64,000 nt of DNA, taken from assembly GCA_013286305.1 (NCBI GenBank), contig JABDFW010000008.1, forward strand, positions 1,596-65,595, written 5' to 3'. This document shows, in pieces, positions 48,703 through 57,323 of the stretch. The notes beneath the pieces are model-generated. The model was not told the origin of the DNA and did not search any database. It saw only the letters and a program-made list of their open reading frames with translations. Numbering within the stretch: the first letter of the stretch is position 1; each line of letters opens with the position of its first letter. Origin of the DNA: Bacteroidota bacterium (GTDB lineage Bacteria; Bacteroidota; Bacteroidia; Chitinophagales; Chitinophagaceae). The translations under genes and the position numbers were made by a program.

Positions 48703-51190
48703 ATACCGTTGCCACCCTTATTATATCTGCAAATACACCGCTTGCTGTAACATCTGCACCCGCGCCCGCTCCCTTTACCACCAGTGGCTGTTCAGGATAA
48801 CGCTGTGTGTAAAAGAGCACGATATTATCCTTACCATAAAGATGATAAAAATCGCTGTTTGCCGGAACATGCTGCAACCCAACCTGTGCTTTACCATCTG
48901 CATAACTGGCAACAAATTTAAGCTTACAATTTTCCGCACCGGCAGACTTATATAGCGCTTTAAAATGATCTTCGTGCTTTGCCATTTCTTTATAAAAATC
49001 GGCTACATCACCTTCAAAGCAACTGGCAGGCAAAAAACTATTGTTGGCAATATCATTCATTTCAATCTTTTCACCGGCCTCACGCGCGAGTATCATTATT
49101 TTACGCATTACATCGGTGCCGCCAAGATCGAGGCGCGGGTCTGGTTCTGTGTAACCTTCATCCTGGGCTTGTTTTACAACTTCTGCAAAAGGCCTGGTGC
49201 CATCATAATTATTAAAAACAAAATTAAGCGTGCCGGATAAAACGGCTTGTATCTTATTTACCTTATCACCACTTCTTCTAAGATCATTTAAAGTACCTAT
49301 TACAGGTAACCCTGCCCCAACATTTGTTTCAAACAGGAAGAGTGCATTGTACTCATTTGCCAGCGCCTTTAAATGGTTATAGTTTTGGTAAGAAGATGAG
49401 GCAGCTATTTTATTGCACGCCACTACTGAAACAGCTTTTGACAATAACCTGTCATATACAGTAGCAACTTCTGCGTTGGCTGTTACATCTACAAAAACTG
49501 AGTTACGCAGGTTTTTATTTATCACCGTTTCAACAAATTCGTCAAGGTTATTGTCCTGTGCATTTAGCAACAGTTCCTTCCAGTTGGCAAGATCTATCGC
49601 ATTACCATTACCAACAAACAACATTTTTTTGCTGTTAGATATGCCGGTTACCCGCACCTGCAGGTTAAGGTGTTCCAATAAAAATTGCTGTTGCTGTTTT
49701 AGCTGCCCGAGCAATTTGCTGCCCACATTGCCTGCGCCTACAATAAATATATTTAGCTGTTTATACGCTGTTTCAAAAAATGCTTCGTGCAAAACGTTTA
49801 CACCTTTCTTTACATCGTTTGCAGAGATAACAGCAGAGATATTTCTTTCAGATGATCCCTGTGCTATAGCCCGCACATTAATGCCATTTCTTCCCAAAGC
49901 ATCAAACATTCTTCCACTTATACCCGGGTGGCTTTTCATTTTATCACCAACAAGCGCAATGATGGAAAGGCCCTGTTCTATTTTTAAAGGCTCTACCCGG
50001 CCTTGCGCTATTTCTATTTCAAATGTTTTGTCAACTGATTCTGTTGCCCGTGCAACATCGGCGCTATTTACGCCTACGCAAATAGAATGCTCTGAGGAAC
50101 TTTGTGTTATCAGTATTACATTAATGTTTTCATGCGCCAATGCTTCAAATAATCTTTTTGAAAAGCCCGGGATACCTACCATACCGCTACCCTCAAGGCT
50201 TAGCAATGCAATGTTATTGATACTGGATATGCCCGTGATGATACCTGAGCCCCCATCCCCCCGAACTGAATTCGGGGCAGGCTCTAAAGGAGTGTGAAGT
50301 ATAATGTTTTCACCCATTACCGTACCGGCTTCATTTGGCGCAAATGTGTTTTTTATCCAGGTGGGTATCTGTTTTCGCATTACCGGCTGAATGGTTGGGG
50401 GATAAATCACTTTAGCGCCAAAATGCGATAATTCCATTGCCTCCTGGTAAGAAATTTGGCTAATGGTTTTTGCGTTGGGTACCCAGCGCGGGTCTGCTGT
50501 CATCATACCTGTAACATCTGTCCATATTTCAAGGCACGATGCATTTACAGCCGCCGCAAAAATAGCAGCCGTATAATCAGAGCCGCCCCGGCCCAACGTG
50601 GTTATGTGGCCATGATCATCACTGGCGATAAAACCGGGGGCCAAAAAAATACCTTTTCCGGATGACGTTATCCTGTAAGAAATAAGATCGTTGGTAATAC
50701 TGAAATTAACAGCGGCAAATCCGTAATGGCTGTTGGTTTTTATAACAGCCCTTGAATCAATCCAATCGTGATCCACACCGGCAGACAGCATATAAGCTGA
50801 AATAATTTTAGACGACAGCAATTCCCCAAAACTTACAATGCGGTCTATAATGCGGGACGACAGTTCTTCCAGGTAAAATATGCTGTTGCATATTTCTTCC
50901 AGTTCGTTGCAGTGTTTTTTTATCATGCTTAAACAACTGCTTTGGTGTGTTACCGGCAATAAGGCCCTGGCGGTATCAAGATGCTTTTTTTCTAATTGCT
51001 GCAATACTTCTTTATATACTTCATCATTTTTCTCTGCTAAACTGCCGGCTTTAAGCAGTTGGTCTGTTACGCCGCCTAAAGCAGATACAACAACTACACT
51101 GGGTTCAGTATTGGTTTTAATTATACTAACTACCTTTTGAATATTTTCAGCATTTGCTACCGAAGAACCGCCAAATTTTAAAACTTTCAT
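48701..51190 (-). CDS. thrA: Bifunctional aspartokinase / homoserine dehydrogenase
   Basis: 829 aa: N-terminal MKVLKFGGSSVANAENI, aspartokinase, ACT domains, and homoserine dehydrogenase (FIVGAGNVGSKLL... through the C-terminus). Confidence 0.95.
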   Translation of the reverse strand: MKVLKFGGSSVANAENIQKVVSIIKTNTEPSVVVVSALGGVTDQLLKAGSLAEKNDEVYKEVLQQLEKKHLDTARALLPVTHQSSCLSMIKKHCNELEEICNSIFYLEELSSRIIDRIVSFGELLSSKIISAYMLSAGVDHDWIDSRAVIKTNSHYGFAAVNFSITNDLISYRITSSGKGIFLAPGFIASDDHGHITTLGRGGSDYTAAIFAAAVNASCLEIWTDVTGMMTADPRWVPNAKTISQISYQEAMELSHFGAKVIYPPTIQPVMRKQIPTWIKNTFAPNEAGTVMGENIILHTPLEPAPNSVRGDGGSGIITGISSINNIALLSLEGSGMVGIPGFSKRLFEALAHENINVILITQSSSEHSICVGVNSADVARATESVDKTFEIEIAQGRVEPLKIEQGLSIIALVGDKMKSHPGISGRMFDALGRNGINVRAIAQGSSERNISAVISANDVKKGVNVLHEAFFETAYKQLNIFIVGAGNVGSKLLGQLKQQQQFLLEHLNLQVRVTGISNSKKMLFVGNGNAIDLANWKELLLNAQDNNLDEFVETVINKNLRNSVFVDVTANAEVATVYDRLLSKAVSVVACNKIAASSSYQNYNHLKALANEYNALFLFETNVGAGLPVIGTLNDLRRSGDKVNKIQAVLSGTLNFVFNNYDGTRPFAEVVKQAQDEGYTEPDPRLDLGGTDVMRKIMILAREAGEKIEMNDIANNSFLPASCFEGDVADFYKEMAKHEDHFKALYKSAGAENCKLKFVASYADGKAQVGLQHVPANSDFYHLYGKDNIVLFYTQRYPEQPLVVKGAGAGADVTASGVFADIIRVATV
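50247..50294. repeat. GC-rich hairpin repeat inserted in frame inside thrA
   Basis: GAGCCCCCATCCCCCCGAACTGAATTCGGGGCAGGCTCTAAAGGAGTG is translated (minus strand) as HTPLEPAPNSVRGDGGSG, in the linker before the ACT region (GISSINNIALLSLEG). Confidence 0.7.
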
Positions 51191-51346
51191 AGTATGCTTT
51201 TCCTTAGAGGAAATATTTATATAATAATGTATGGGTTACTAACTTTTGTTTCTCCTGGTATCTTTAGGAATGGGAATAAAATATTCTTTTTTTGTTTTCA
51301 CTCCTGAAAAAGGAGGCCAGGTGGCGATATGATACTGTTTAACCCT

Positions 51347-51430
51347 TTACAGGGTTGTTGTAATAGTAGTAGTGGCGGGTGTCCCGGGAGTAGAGGAAGA
51401 AGAAATGATATGTTGATATAAGCTTACCAT
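51347..51430 (-). promoter_or_regulatory. thrL: Candidate thr operon leader peptide (27 codons, Thr-rich)
   Basis: The minus-strand ORF MVSLYQHIISSSSTPGTPATTTITTTL-stop lies 156 nt upstream of the thrA ATG. Eight of 27 codons are Thr, including TTTITTT. The stop codon sits inside the AACCCT-gtaa-AGGGTT hairpin. Confidence 0.6.
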
Positions 51431-51508
51431 TTGTAACTGAACCCGAAGATACGTTAAGATACTTTATAACAAGTGTTAGTTTATTAAGAAATTTTTATTG
51501 CTACCTCA

Positions 51509-52765
51509 TTACACCAAATACCCAAACAACGTATCATCTTTATTTAGCTCCGTAAAGTCAATATTATACTGCCGCATTTTTTCAACCAGGTCGTCGTAAT
51601 CATGCCTTGATTGCAATTCTATCCCCACCAATGCAGGCCCTGATTCTTTATTTGTTTTTTGTATATACTCAAAACGGGTAATATCGTCTTTGGGGCCAAG
51701 CACAAGGTTTAAAAATTCCCGCAAGGCACCGGGCCGTTGTGCAAAGTTCACCAGGAAATAATGCTTCAATCCCTCATACTGCAGGGAACGCTCTTTTATT
51801 TCAGGCATACGGTCAATATCATTGTTGCTTCCGCTTACAATGCAAACCACTGTTTTACCTTTTATCAATTCTGCATAATCATCAAGCGCAGCGATAGATA
51901 ATGCGCCGGCAGGCTCAACCACTATTGCATCTTCATTGTATAATTTCAAAATGGTGGAACATACTTTCCCTTCGGGTACAAGGCGCACGTCGTCTAACAC
52001 TTCTTTGCAAATAGCAAATGTAATGTCACCTGTACGTTTTACTGCGGCACCATCAACAAACCTGTCTATACTATTCAATGTTACCGGGTAGCCCGCTTTG
52101 AATGCTTCCAGCATACTTGGAGCGCCTTCAGGTTCAAGCCCAATTATTTTTGTTGAAGAAGAAACGGTTTTAAAATAAGTGCCAACACCTGATGCCAGGC
52201 CACCGCCACCGATGGGTACAAATACGTAGTCAATGTTGGTTAAATCCTCAAGTATCTCTACGGCAACCGTTCCCTGCCCTTCAATGATCCGGTAATCATC
52301 AAATGGCGGAATAAAGGCCATGTTGTGTTCTTCCGTATATTTTTTTGCAGCAACAGCGCAATCATCAAAGGTGTCGCCAATCAATACTATTTCAATACTA
52401 TCTTCTCCAAACATCATAGTTTGCCTAACCTTTTGTTTGGGGGTAATAATAGGCATGAAAATAACGCCTTTAATACCCAGCTTCCTGCAACTATAGGCGA
52501 AGCCCTGGGCATGATTGCCCGCACTGGCGGTAGTTACGCCATTCTTCAATTTTTCTGGTGGCAATGTACTTATCATATTATAAGCGCCGCGTAATTTGTA
52601 GGAGCGTACAACCTGCAGGTCTTCCCTTTTCAAATAAATATTTGCGCTATACCTCCGTGAAAGATTATGATTAAGCTGAAGCGGTGTTCAGTTAACTATA
52701 TCCTTTAGACGGTTGTGTGCGGCTATAAAATCCAAATGATATGTTGTGTCGGTAATTTTATTCAT
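51509..52765 (-). CDS. ilvA: Threonine ammonia-lyase (biosynthetic threonine dehydratase) interrupted by an in-frame TGA at codon 26; possible pseudogene or sequencing error
   Basis: The ATG at 52765 gives [62 protein letters not shown]..., where TGA is the plus-strand TCA at 52688-52690. The ORF-track version (51509..52633, TTG start) lacks the conserved TPLQ N-terminus. Confidence 0.85.
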
Positions 52766-52866
52766 AAAACCAGGCAGAGAAAAATATTTTATCTATAAAG
52801 TGTTTTACAAAGTCAGCAGGTTAATAAACAATGAGTTTAGGTATCACAGATTTTATAAATGCCTTA

Positions 52867-53127
52867 TCAGCATTTATTTTTAAAGCCATACTTAGGCCTT
52901 CTTTCTTCGTGATATTCTTTTTTGAAATCAAAATCATCAGTAAAGGTTAATTCAGGTTTTGGCATGCTGTCAAGTATATCAAGCAGAGATTGTTCTTCCT
53001 TATTTCTTGTGAGTATCCTGAAATGATCTTCCACTAATTCAGATAAGCTTAACCCTTTTTTTGCAGCATACATTTTTGCCTTTTTTAGCAATGTTGCTTC
53101 AATGGTAATATACAATATCGCTTTCAT
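52867..53127 (-). CDS. DUF6364-like small protein (antitoxin-like, RHH-type N-terminus), orphan
   Basis: The 86-aa MKAILYITIEATLLKKAKMYAAKKGLSLSELVEDHFRILT pattern matches the Bacteroidota DUF6364 family. No adjacent toxin ORF. Confidence 0.65.
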   Translation of the reverse strand: MKAILYITIEATLLKKAKMYAAKKGLSLSELVEDHFRILTRNKEEQSLLDILDSMPKPELTFTDDFDFKKEYHEERRPKYGFKNKC

Positions 53128-53164
53128 TTCTAAAATTCGTTGAGTTACACACTTATCTTAATTA

Positions 53165-53407
53165 TTAACCAAATAAATCTTTTAACACCTGCTCTTTTGA
53201 TATAGCAAAATGTACTGATACCAGCGTTATTATTCCATTGAGTGTGCCTATTTTAATTGGATCGTGGTTAGGTATTGCTAAATGATGTTCTCCTTCCCGT
53301 TGAGTTGTAACCATTATATGACTTCCATTTTGACGGATTACCTGATAGCCATATACCTTCAGGGCTTTAATTACATCCTTTCCGGATATATCCCGTGGCA
53401 TTTTCAT
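53165..53407 (-). CDS. hicA: HicA-family (YcfA-like) mRNA interferase toxin
   Basis: 80 aa: MPRDISGKDVIKALKVYGYQVIRQNGSHIMV matches the HicA signature (..GKE.IK.L...G....RQ.GSH). It overlaps the upstream hicB by 4 nt. Confidence 0.85.
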   Translation of the reverse strand: MKMPRDISGKDVIKALKVYGYQVIRQNGSHIMVTTQREGEHHLAIPNHDPIKIGTLNGIITLVSVHFAISKEQVLKDLFG

Positions 53408-53613
53408 AAGGCCATAATTTCATCCCGCACAAAGTGCAAATGCGCAAATATTGGTGTATTTTCGGCCTTATTAAAATAACAATCTATCCCCCCCTTTATA
53501 TTTTCTTTTAACTCCTCTATTGTTTCCCCTTCAGCAAAAATTCCTAACCCTGCGGCCTGTGCATAATAGCCCCCTTCATCTGCTTCATGTACTAAAAAAG
53601 TAATTTCTTTCAT
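53404..53613 (-). CDS. hicB: HicB-family antitoxin (UPF0150-like domain only)
   Basis: 69 aa: FLVHEADEGGYYAQAAGLGIFAEGETIEELKENIKGGIDCYF matches the HicB N-terminal fold pattern. Translationally coupled to hicA. Confidence 0.8.
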   Translation of the reverse strand: MKEITFLVHEADEGGYYAQAAGLGIFAEGETIEELKENIKGGIDCYFNKAENTPIFAHLHFVRDEIMAL

Positions 53614-53657
53614 ACCCTAAAGTTAATTTATTTTCAGCAACTCCTGTTTTCCGCATA

Positions 53658-54362
53658 TCAATATTCTGCCAGCTTATCGATTGCCCTCTTATATAAATTT
53701 AAAAGATTAGGCACCCTTTCAACGGTCCAGGCATAAAAGGCATCATGCACAAGAATTAAGGTTATTTTCAAATTCTCTGGCCTACGGGATTCGTACGAAA
53801 GCAAAATTTTTCCGATTTCGGGTTCTAAGTTGGCAAAACGCGCCTGATTATCATAAATGTCTGTTAGCAGGCTATATGTACGAAGATCAATTTTAGCAAC
53901 AATATTATTTTGCTTGGCAGCCTGCCATGCTACGTCATTAATATCGTGCAACATAATGCCATGTGGTGGTGGTGTTATTGCTGATAAATTTATTGCCCCA
54001 TTGTTTAAGAATTTTTGAGCAATGGCAGGGTATTGTTCTGCGGAGTCTATTTTCTTAAATACTTCAAGGTGATAAGCATATTGCGACTTCACGGATTCGC
54101 TATTTGTAATCAATTCCTCCTTAAGCTGGTGTAATATTTCTCTTGTTTGCTGCTTTTCATGAAGGCTGTTAAAGAACTCTGTAAGTATCAATGCAAGCAA
54201 TACGCTGAATATAATAAGCGTGGATTCACCTACATATTCCTTCCAGTTGCGCACGGCTATCACCTCGGGCAATTCTTTCTTTTCTTTTTTCCCCAGGGCA
54301 ACCTGCAGTGCTTTTTCCGGCGGCTGTTGCGGCAATGATTCTTCCGGTAATGTTTCTTCCAT
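53658..54362 (-). CDS. Hypothetical single-pass membrane protein (234 aa)
   Basis: Acidic/Pro-rich N-terminus, TM STLIIFSVLLALILTEFF, and a ~150-aa C-terminal domain. No family recognised. It lies between ilvC and hicB. Confidence 0.55.
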   Translation of the reverse strand: MEETLPEESLPQQPPEKALQVALGKKEKKELPEVIAVRNWKEYVGESTLIIFSVLLALILTEFFNSLHEKQQTREILHQLKEELITNSESVKSQYAYHLEVFKKIDSAEQYPAIAQKFLNNGAINLSAITPPPHGIMLHDINDVAWQAAKQNNIVAKIDLRTYSLLTDIYDNQARFANLEPEIGKILLSYESRRPENLKITLILVHDAFYAWTVERVPNLLNLYKRAIDKLAEY

Positions 54363-54513
54363 TAAATTTATTTTACTTTAAAACAAATGCTAAGGAAACA
54401 AAGGGATGGCAACTTTTAAAAACTGCCATCCCTTGTATAATAAAAAAGTATCCTATTCTCATAGCCTCCACTCTTTTACTCACTACTACTCCCTTCAGGG
54501 CCGGGGCATCCTC

Positions 54514-55560
54514 TTATTGGTTCTCAGGCCTTAAGCTTCTTACCGTTTTACCTGCACGCCACATTTCGCTTTCCCTCAGTTCTTTTAATTCTTCATTCAG
54601 TTTTTCACGATAGTCAGGCTGGCTGTTGCTGTCAATACTGCGCTGGCTTTCTTTGCCTGCAGCAACGCTTTCATACAATTCTTTAAATACAGGCGCCGTT
54701 GCATCACGAAACCTTTTCCACCAATCCAATGCGCCACGCTGCGCTGTAGTGCTGCAATTGGCATACATCCAGTCCATACCATTTTCTGCAACCAAAGGCA
54801 TTAATGATTGCGTTAGTTCTTCTACTGTTTCGTTAAATGCTTCTGAGGGGGTATGGCCTTTATCACGCAGCACCTGGTACTGTGCAGCAAAAATTCCCTG
54901 AATAGCACCCATTAAAGTTCCGCGCTCACCGGTAAGATCGCTATATACTTCTTTCTTAAAGTTGGTTTCAAAAAGGTAGCCGCTGCCCACCGCAATGCCA
55001 AGTGCAATAACTCTGTCTTTTGCTTTGCCTGTTGCATCCTGAAAAATAGCATAGCTGCTGTTCAATCCACGCCCCTGCAAAAACATCCTCCGCAAAGATG
55101 TTCCCGAGCCTTTAGGAGCAACCAAAAATACATCTACATCAGCGGGAGGAATAATGCCTGTTTGTTCGTTAAACGTAATACCAAACCCATGTGAAAAATA
55201 TAAAGCTTTGCCGGCAGTTAAATGTTTTTTAACCGTAGGCCATAATTCAATTTGCGCTGCGTCGCTGAGCAGGTAACAAATAATGGTACCACGTTCTAAG
55301 GCTTCTTCAATGTCAAATAAAGTTTCGCCGGGCACAAAGCCATCAGCTACTGCTTTATCCCATGTTTTGGAGCTTTTGCGTTGCCCAACAATTACATTAA
55401 TACCATTGTCGCGCTGGTTCAATGCCTGGCCGGGGCCCTGCACGCCGTAACCTATTACTGCTATGGTTTCATTTTTTAAAACTTCCTGTGCTTTGCTTAA
55501 CGGAAACTCGTCGCGGGTAACTACATTTTCTTCTACCCCGCCGAAATTTAATTTTGCCAT
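54514..55560 (-). CDS. ilvC: Ketol-acid reductoisomerase (class I)
   Basis: 348 aa with VIGYGVQGPGQALNQRDNG and LSDAAQ motifs. Confidence 0.97.
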   Translation of the reverse strand: MAKLNFGGVEENVVTRDEFPLSKAQEVLKNETIAVIGYGVQGPGQALNQRDNGINVIVGQRKSSKTWDKAVADGFVPGETLFDIEEALERGTIICYLLSDAAQIELWPTVKKHLTAGKALYFSHGFGITFNEQTGIIPPADVDVFLVAPKGSGTSLRRMFLQGRGLNSSYAIFQDATGKAKDRVIALGIAVGSGYLFETNFKKEVYSDLTGERGTLMGAIQGIFAAQYQVLRDKGHTPSEAFNETVEELTQSLMPLVAENGMDWMYANCSTTAQRGALDWWKRFRDATAPVFKELYESVAAGKESQRSIDSNSQPDYREKLNEELKELRESEMWRAGKTVRSLRPENQ

Positions 55561-55790
55561 GTTTGTTGTTTTGTACGCCCCACCCTAAAGGAAGTTCCGG
55601 GGCTGGTTTTTAAATATTACTTGTTGTTGGTTATAGAAATTTTTTGTTTGCCTGCTGTATATCCTTATGCTGCTTTACTTGTGTCACACTCTTGTACGTT
55701 CTTTTTTTTATTGAGCATTGAACATTGAGTATTGAATATTTCAACATTGATTATTTCGATATTACTTTTTTTGTACAATCATCTATTATA

Positions 55791-56477
55791 TCATTTAATT
55801 GTATCAAGGTTCTGCTTAATAATATCTGTTATCAGTTCCAGCCGTTCCTGTTGAATTTCCTTTCTTGCGTCTATTACCTTATCAACAATTTCTTTCTCCG
55901 CTGTTTTGGGTGAGCCCGCATTAAATGGTGGTGACGGGTTATATTCCATCATCAACTGAATTTCCTTAGCTGCATTTTCGCCTGCCAATTCAGCAACTAC
56001 AAATAAACCAAAATCTATTCCGGCGGTTACACCTCCTCCTGTTATCCTGTTCCTGTCCATCACTACCCTTTCTTCCAACACCTCCACATCAAACAGGCTC
56101 AGCAGGCCTAACGACAGCCAATGTGTTGTGGCTTTATACCCATTCAACAAACCTGCTGCAGCCAACACTAAAGCGCCTGTGCAAACAGATGTAACATATT
56201 TTGCATGCACTGCCTGTTGCTGTAAATAATGCAACAACTTTTTATTTTGCATTGCGCCAAACACTCCTTTACCACCGGGAACAAATAATATATCAACCTG
56301 CGGCGAATCGTCAAATGTTATATCAGGTGTAAGTACCAGTCCTGCATCACTTGTGACCGGTGCTAAACTTTCAGCCACCAAAAGAATTTGTACACCTGGC
56401 AATCTACCAAATACATCATAAGGGCCCGTAAGGTCCAGTTGAGTTAATTCCGGAAAAATCACCATACCTATTGTCAT
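55791..56477 (-). CDS. DJ-1/PfpI family protein (class-I glutamine amidotransferase-like fold)
   Basis: Start MTIGMVIFPELTQLDLTGP at 56477, with a nucleophile-elbow Cys (VTSVCTGALVLA). Upstream codons in the ORF track are a translated GC-rich repeat. Confidence 0.85.
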   Translation of the reverse strand: MTIGMVIFPELTQLDLTGPYDVFGRLPGVQILLVAESLAPVTSDAGLVLTPDITFDDSPQVDILFVPGGKGVFGAMQNKKLLHYLQQQAVHAKYVTSVCTGALVLAAAGLLNGYKATTHWLSLGLLSLFDVEVLEERVVMDRNRITGGGVTAGIDFGLFVVAELAGENAAKEIQLMMEYNPSPPFNAGSPKTAEKEIVDKVIDARKEIQQERLELITDIIKQNLDTIK

Positions 56478-56485
56478 AGACCATG

Positions 56486-56529
56486 CCCCTATCCCCGTCC
56501 GGCCAGTCATCCGGGCGGGCCTAAAGGGG
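56486..56529. repeat. GC-rich hairpin repeat, long form (ilvN / DJ-1 junction)
   Basis: CCCCTATCCCCGTCCGGCCAGTCATCCGGGCGGGCCTAAAGGGG. Confidence 0.8.
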
Positions 56530-56598
56530 TATTTTAATTTATTACAACTGTTCTCAACTATCACAATCAGACGGAGACCGTCAGATCGTATCGAGAGT

Positions 56599-57186
56599 TT
56601 ACATACTAAATACTTCTTCCTGCTTATTCAAAAATTCGTTCTCCACCACTTCTTCGCCCGGTTCCCCCTGTTCAAATTCTTTTAATTTTTCATGAAACCC
56701 ATTACTTGTTTTTATAATAGCCACTCTCGCACTGCGTACAAACTCTATTAAACCATAAGGCTCCAGTGCTTTGATCAAACCTTCTGTTTCTTCGCGGTGG
56801 CCTGATGTTTCAAACACCGTATAATCCTTGCGGATCAATACTGCTCTTGCCCCAAACTGGCGCAGCAATCTTTCTACTTTTACTTTTTCTGCAATTACAT
56901 CGGTAGGCACTTTATACAGAGCAAGTTCCTGCCAAACAATTTCTTCGTTGGTATTATAATAAGCTTTTAAAACTTCAACCTGCTTTTCAATTTGGCGGCA
57001 AAGCTTACGCACAACCTCTTCTGTTTCGTTTATTACAATAGTAAAACGGTGAACGCTTTCAATTTCCGAAGGTGATGTATTTAAACTTTCTATATTGATC
57101 TTACGCCGCGAAAAAATGATCGCGATACGGTTTAGCAAACCAACCTGGTTTTCTGTATAAACTGTAACAGTATATTCTTGTTTCAT
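56599..57186 (-). CDS. ilvN: Acetolactate synthase small (regulatory) subunit
   Basis: 195 aa with an ACT domain (TVTVYTENQVGLLNRIAIIFSRRKINIESL) plus the ALS_ss_C region. Confidence 0.93.
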   Translation of the reverse strand: MKQEYTVTVYTENQVGLLNRIAIIFSRRKINIESLNTSPSEIESVHRFTIVINETEEVVRKLCRQIEKQVEVLKAYYNTNEEIVWQELALYKVPTDVIAEKVKVERLLRQFGARAVLIRKDYTVFETSGHREETEGLIKALEPYGLIEFVRSARVAIIKTSNGFHEKLKEFEQGEPGEEVVENEFLNKQEEVFSM

Positions 57187-57276
57187 AATCCCTATCCCCT
57201 AAAGCGGGGCTTTTTAAACCACCCTATCTTAACGGGGAGTTGTTTGTTAATAAATTTTATAATAATGCCTCTTCTT

Positions 57277-57313
57277 CCCCTTTAGGGCCGCCTGTGCCGG
57301 TACGGACGGGGGC
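57277..57313. repeat. GC-rich hairpin repeat, long form (ilvB / ilvN junction)
   Basis: CCCCTTTAGGGCCGCCTGTGCCGGTACGGACGGGGGC matches the copy at 47139-47175 at 35/37 positions. A short-form copy, CCCTATCCCCTAAAGCGGGGC, is at 57190-57210. Confidence 0.85.
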
Positions 57314-57323
57314 ATCTGTTCTC

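Noticed and set aside
48614-48955. A 113-aa plus-strand ORF starting MGLWLFSPLPLGLGLWLFSLLPLGPGLRL
   Set aside because: The N-terminus is the translated 3 x 36-bp tandem repeat, and the rest is antisense to the thrA 3' end.
52688-52690. Selenocysteine as the meaning of the in-frame TGA in ilvA
   Set aside because: Threonine dehydratase is not a known selenoprotein, and the position is a surface residue (commonly basic) preceding TPLQ. I see no convincing SECIS-like hairpin immediately downstream. A nonsense mutation or sequencing error is more parsimonious.
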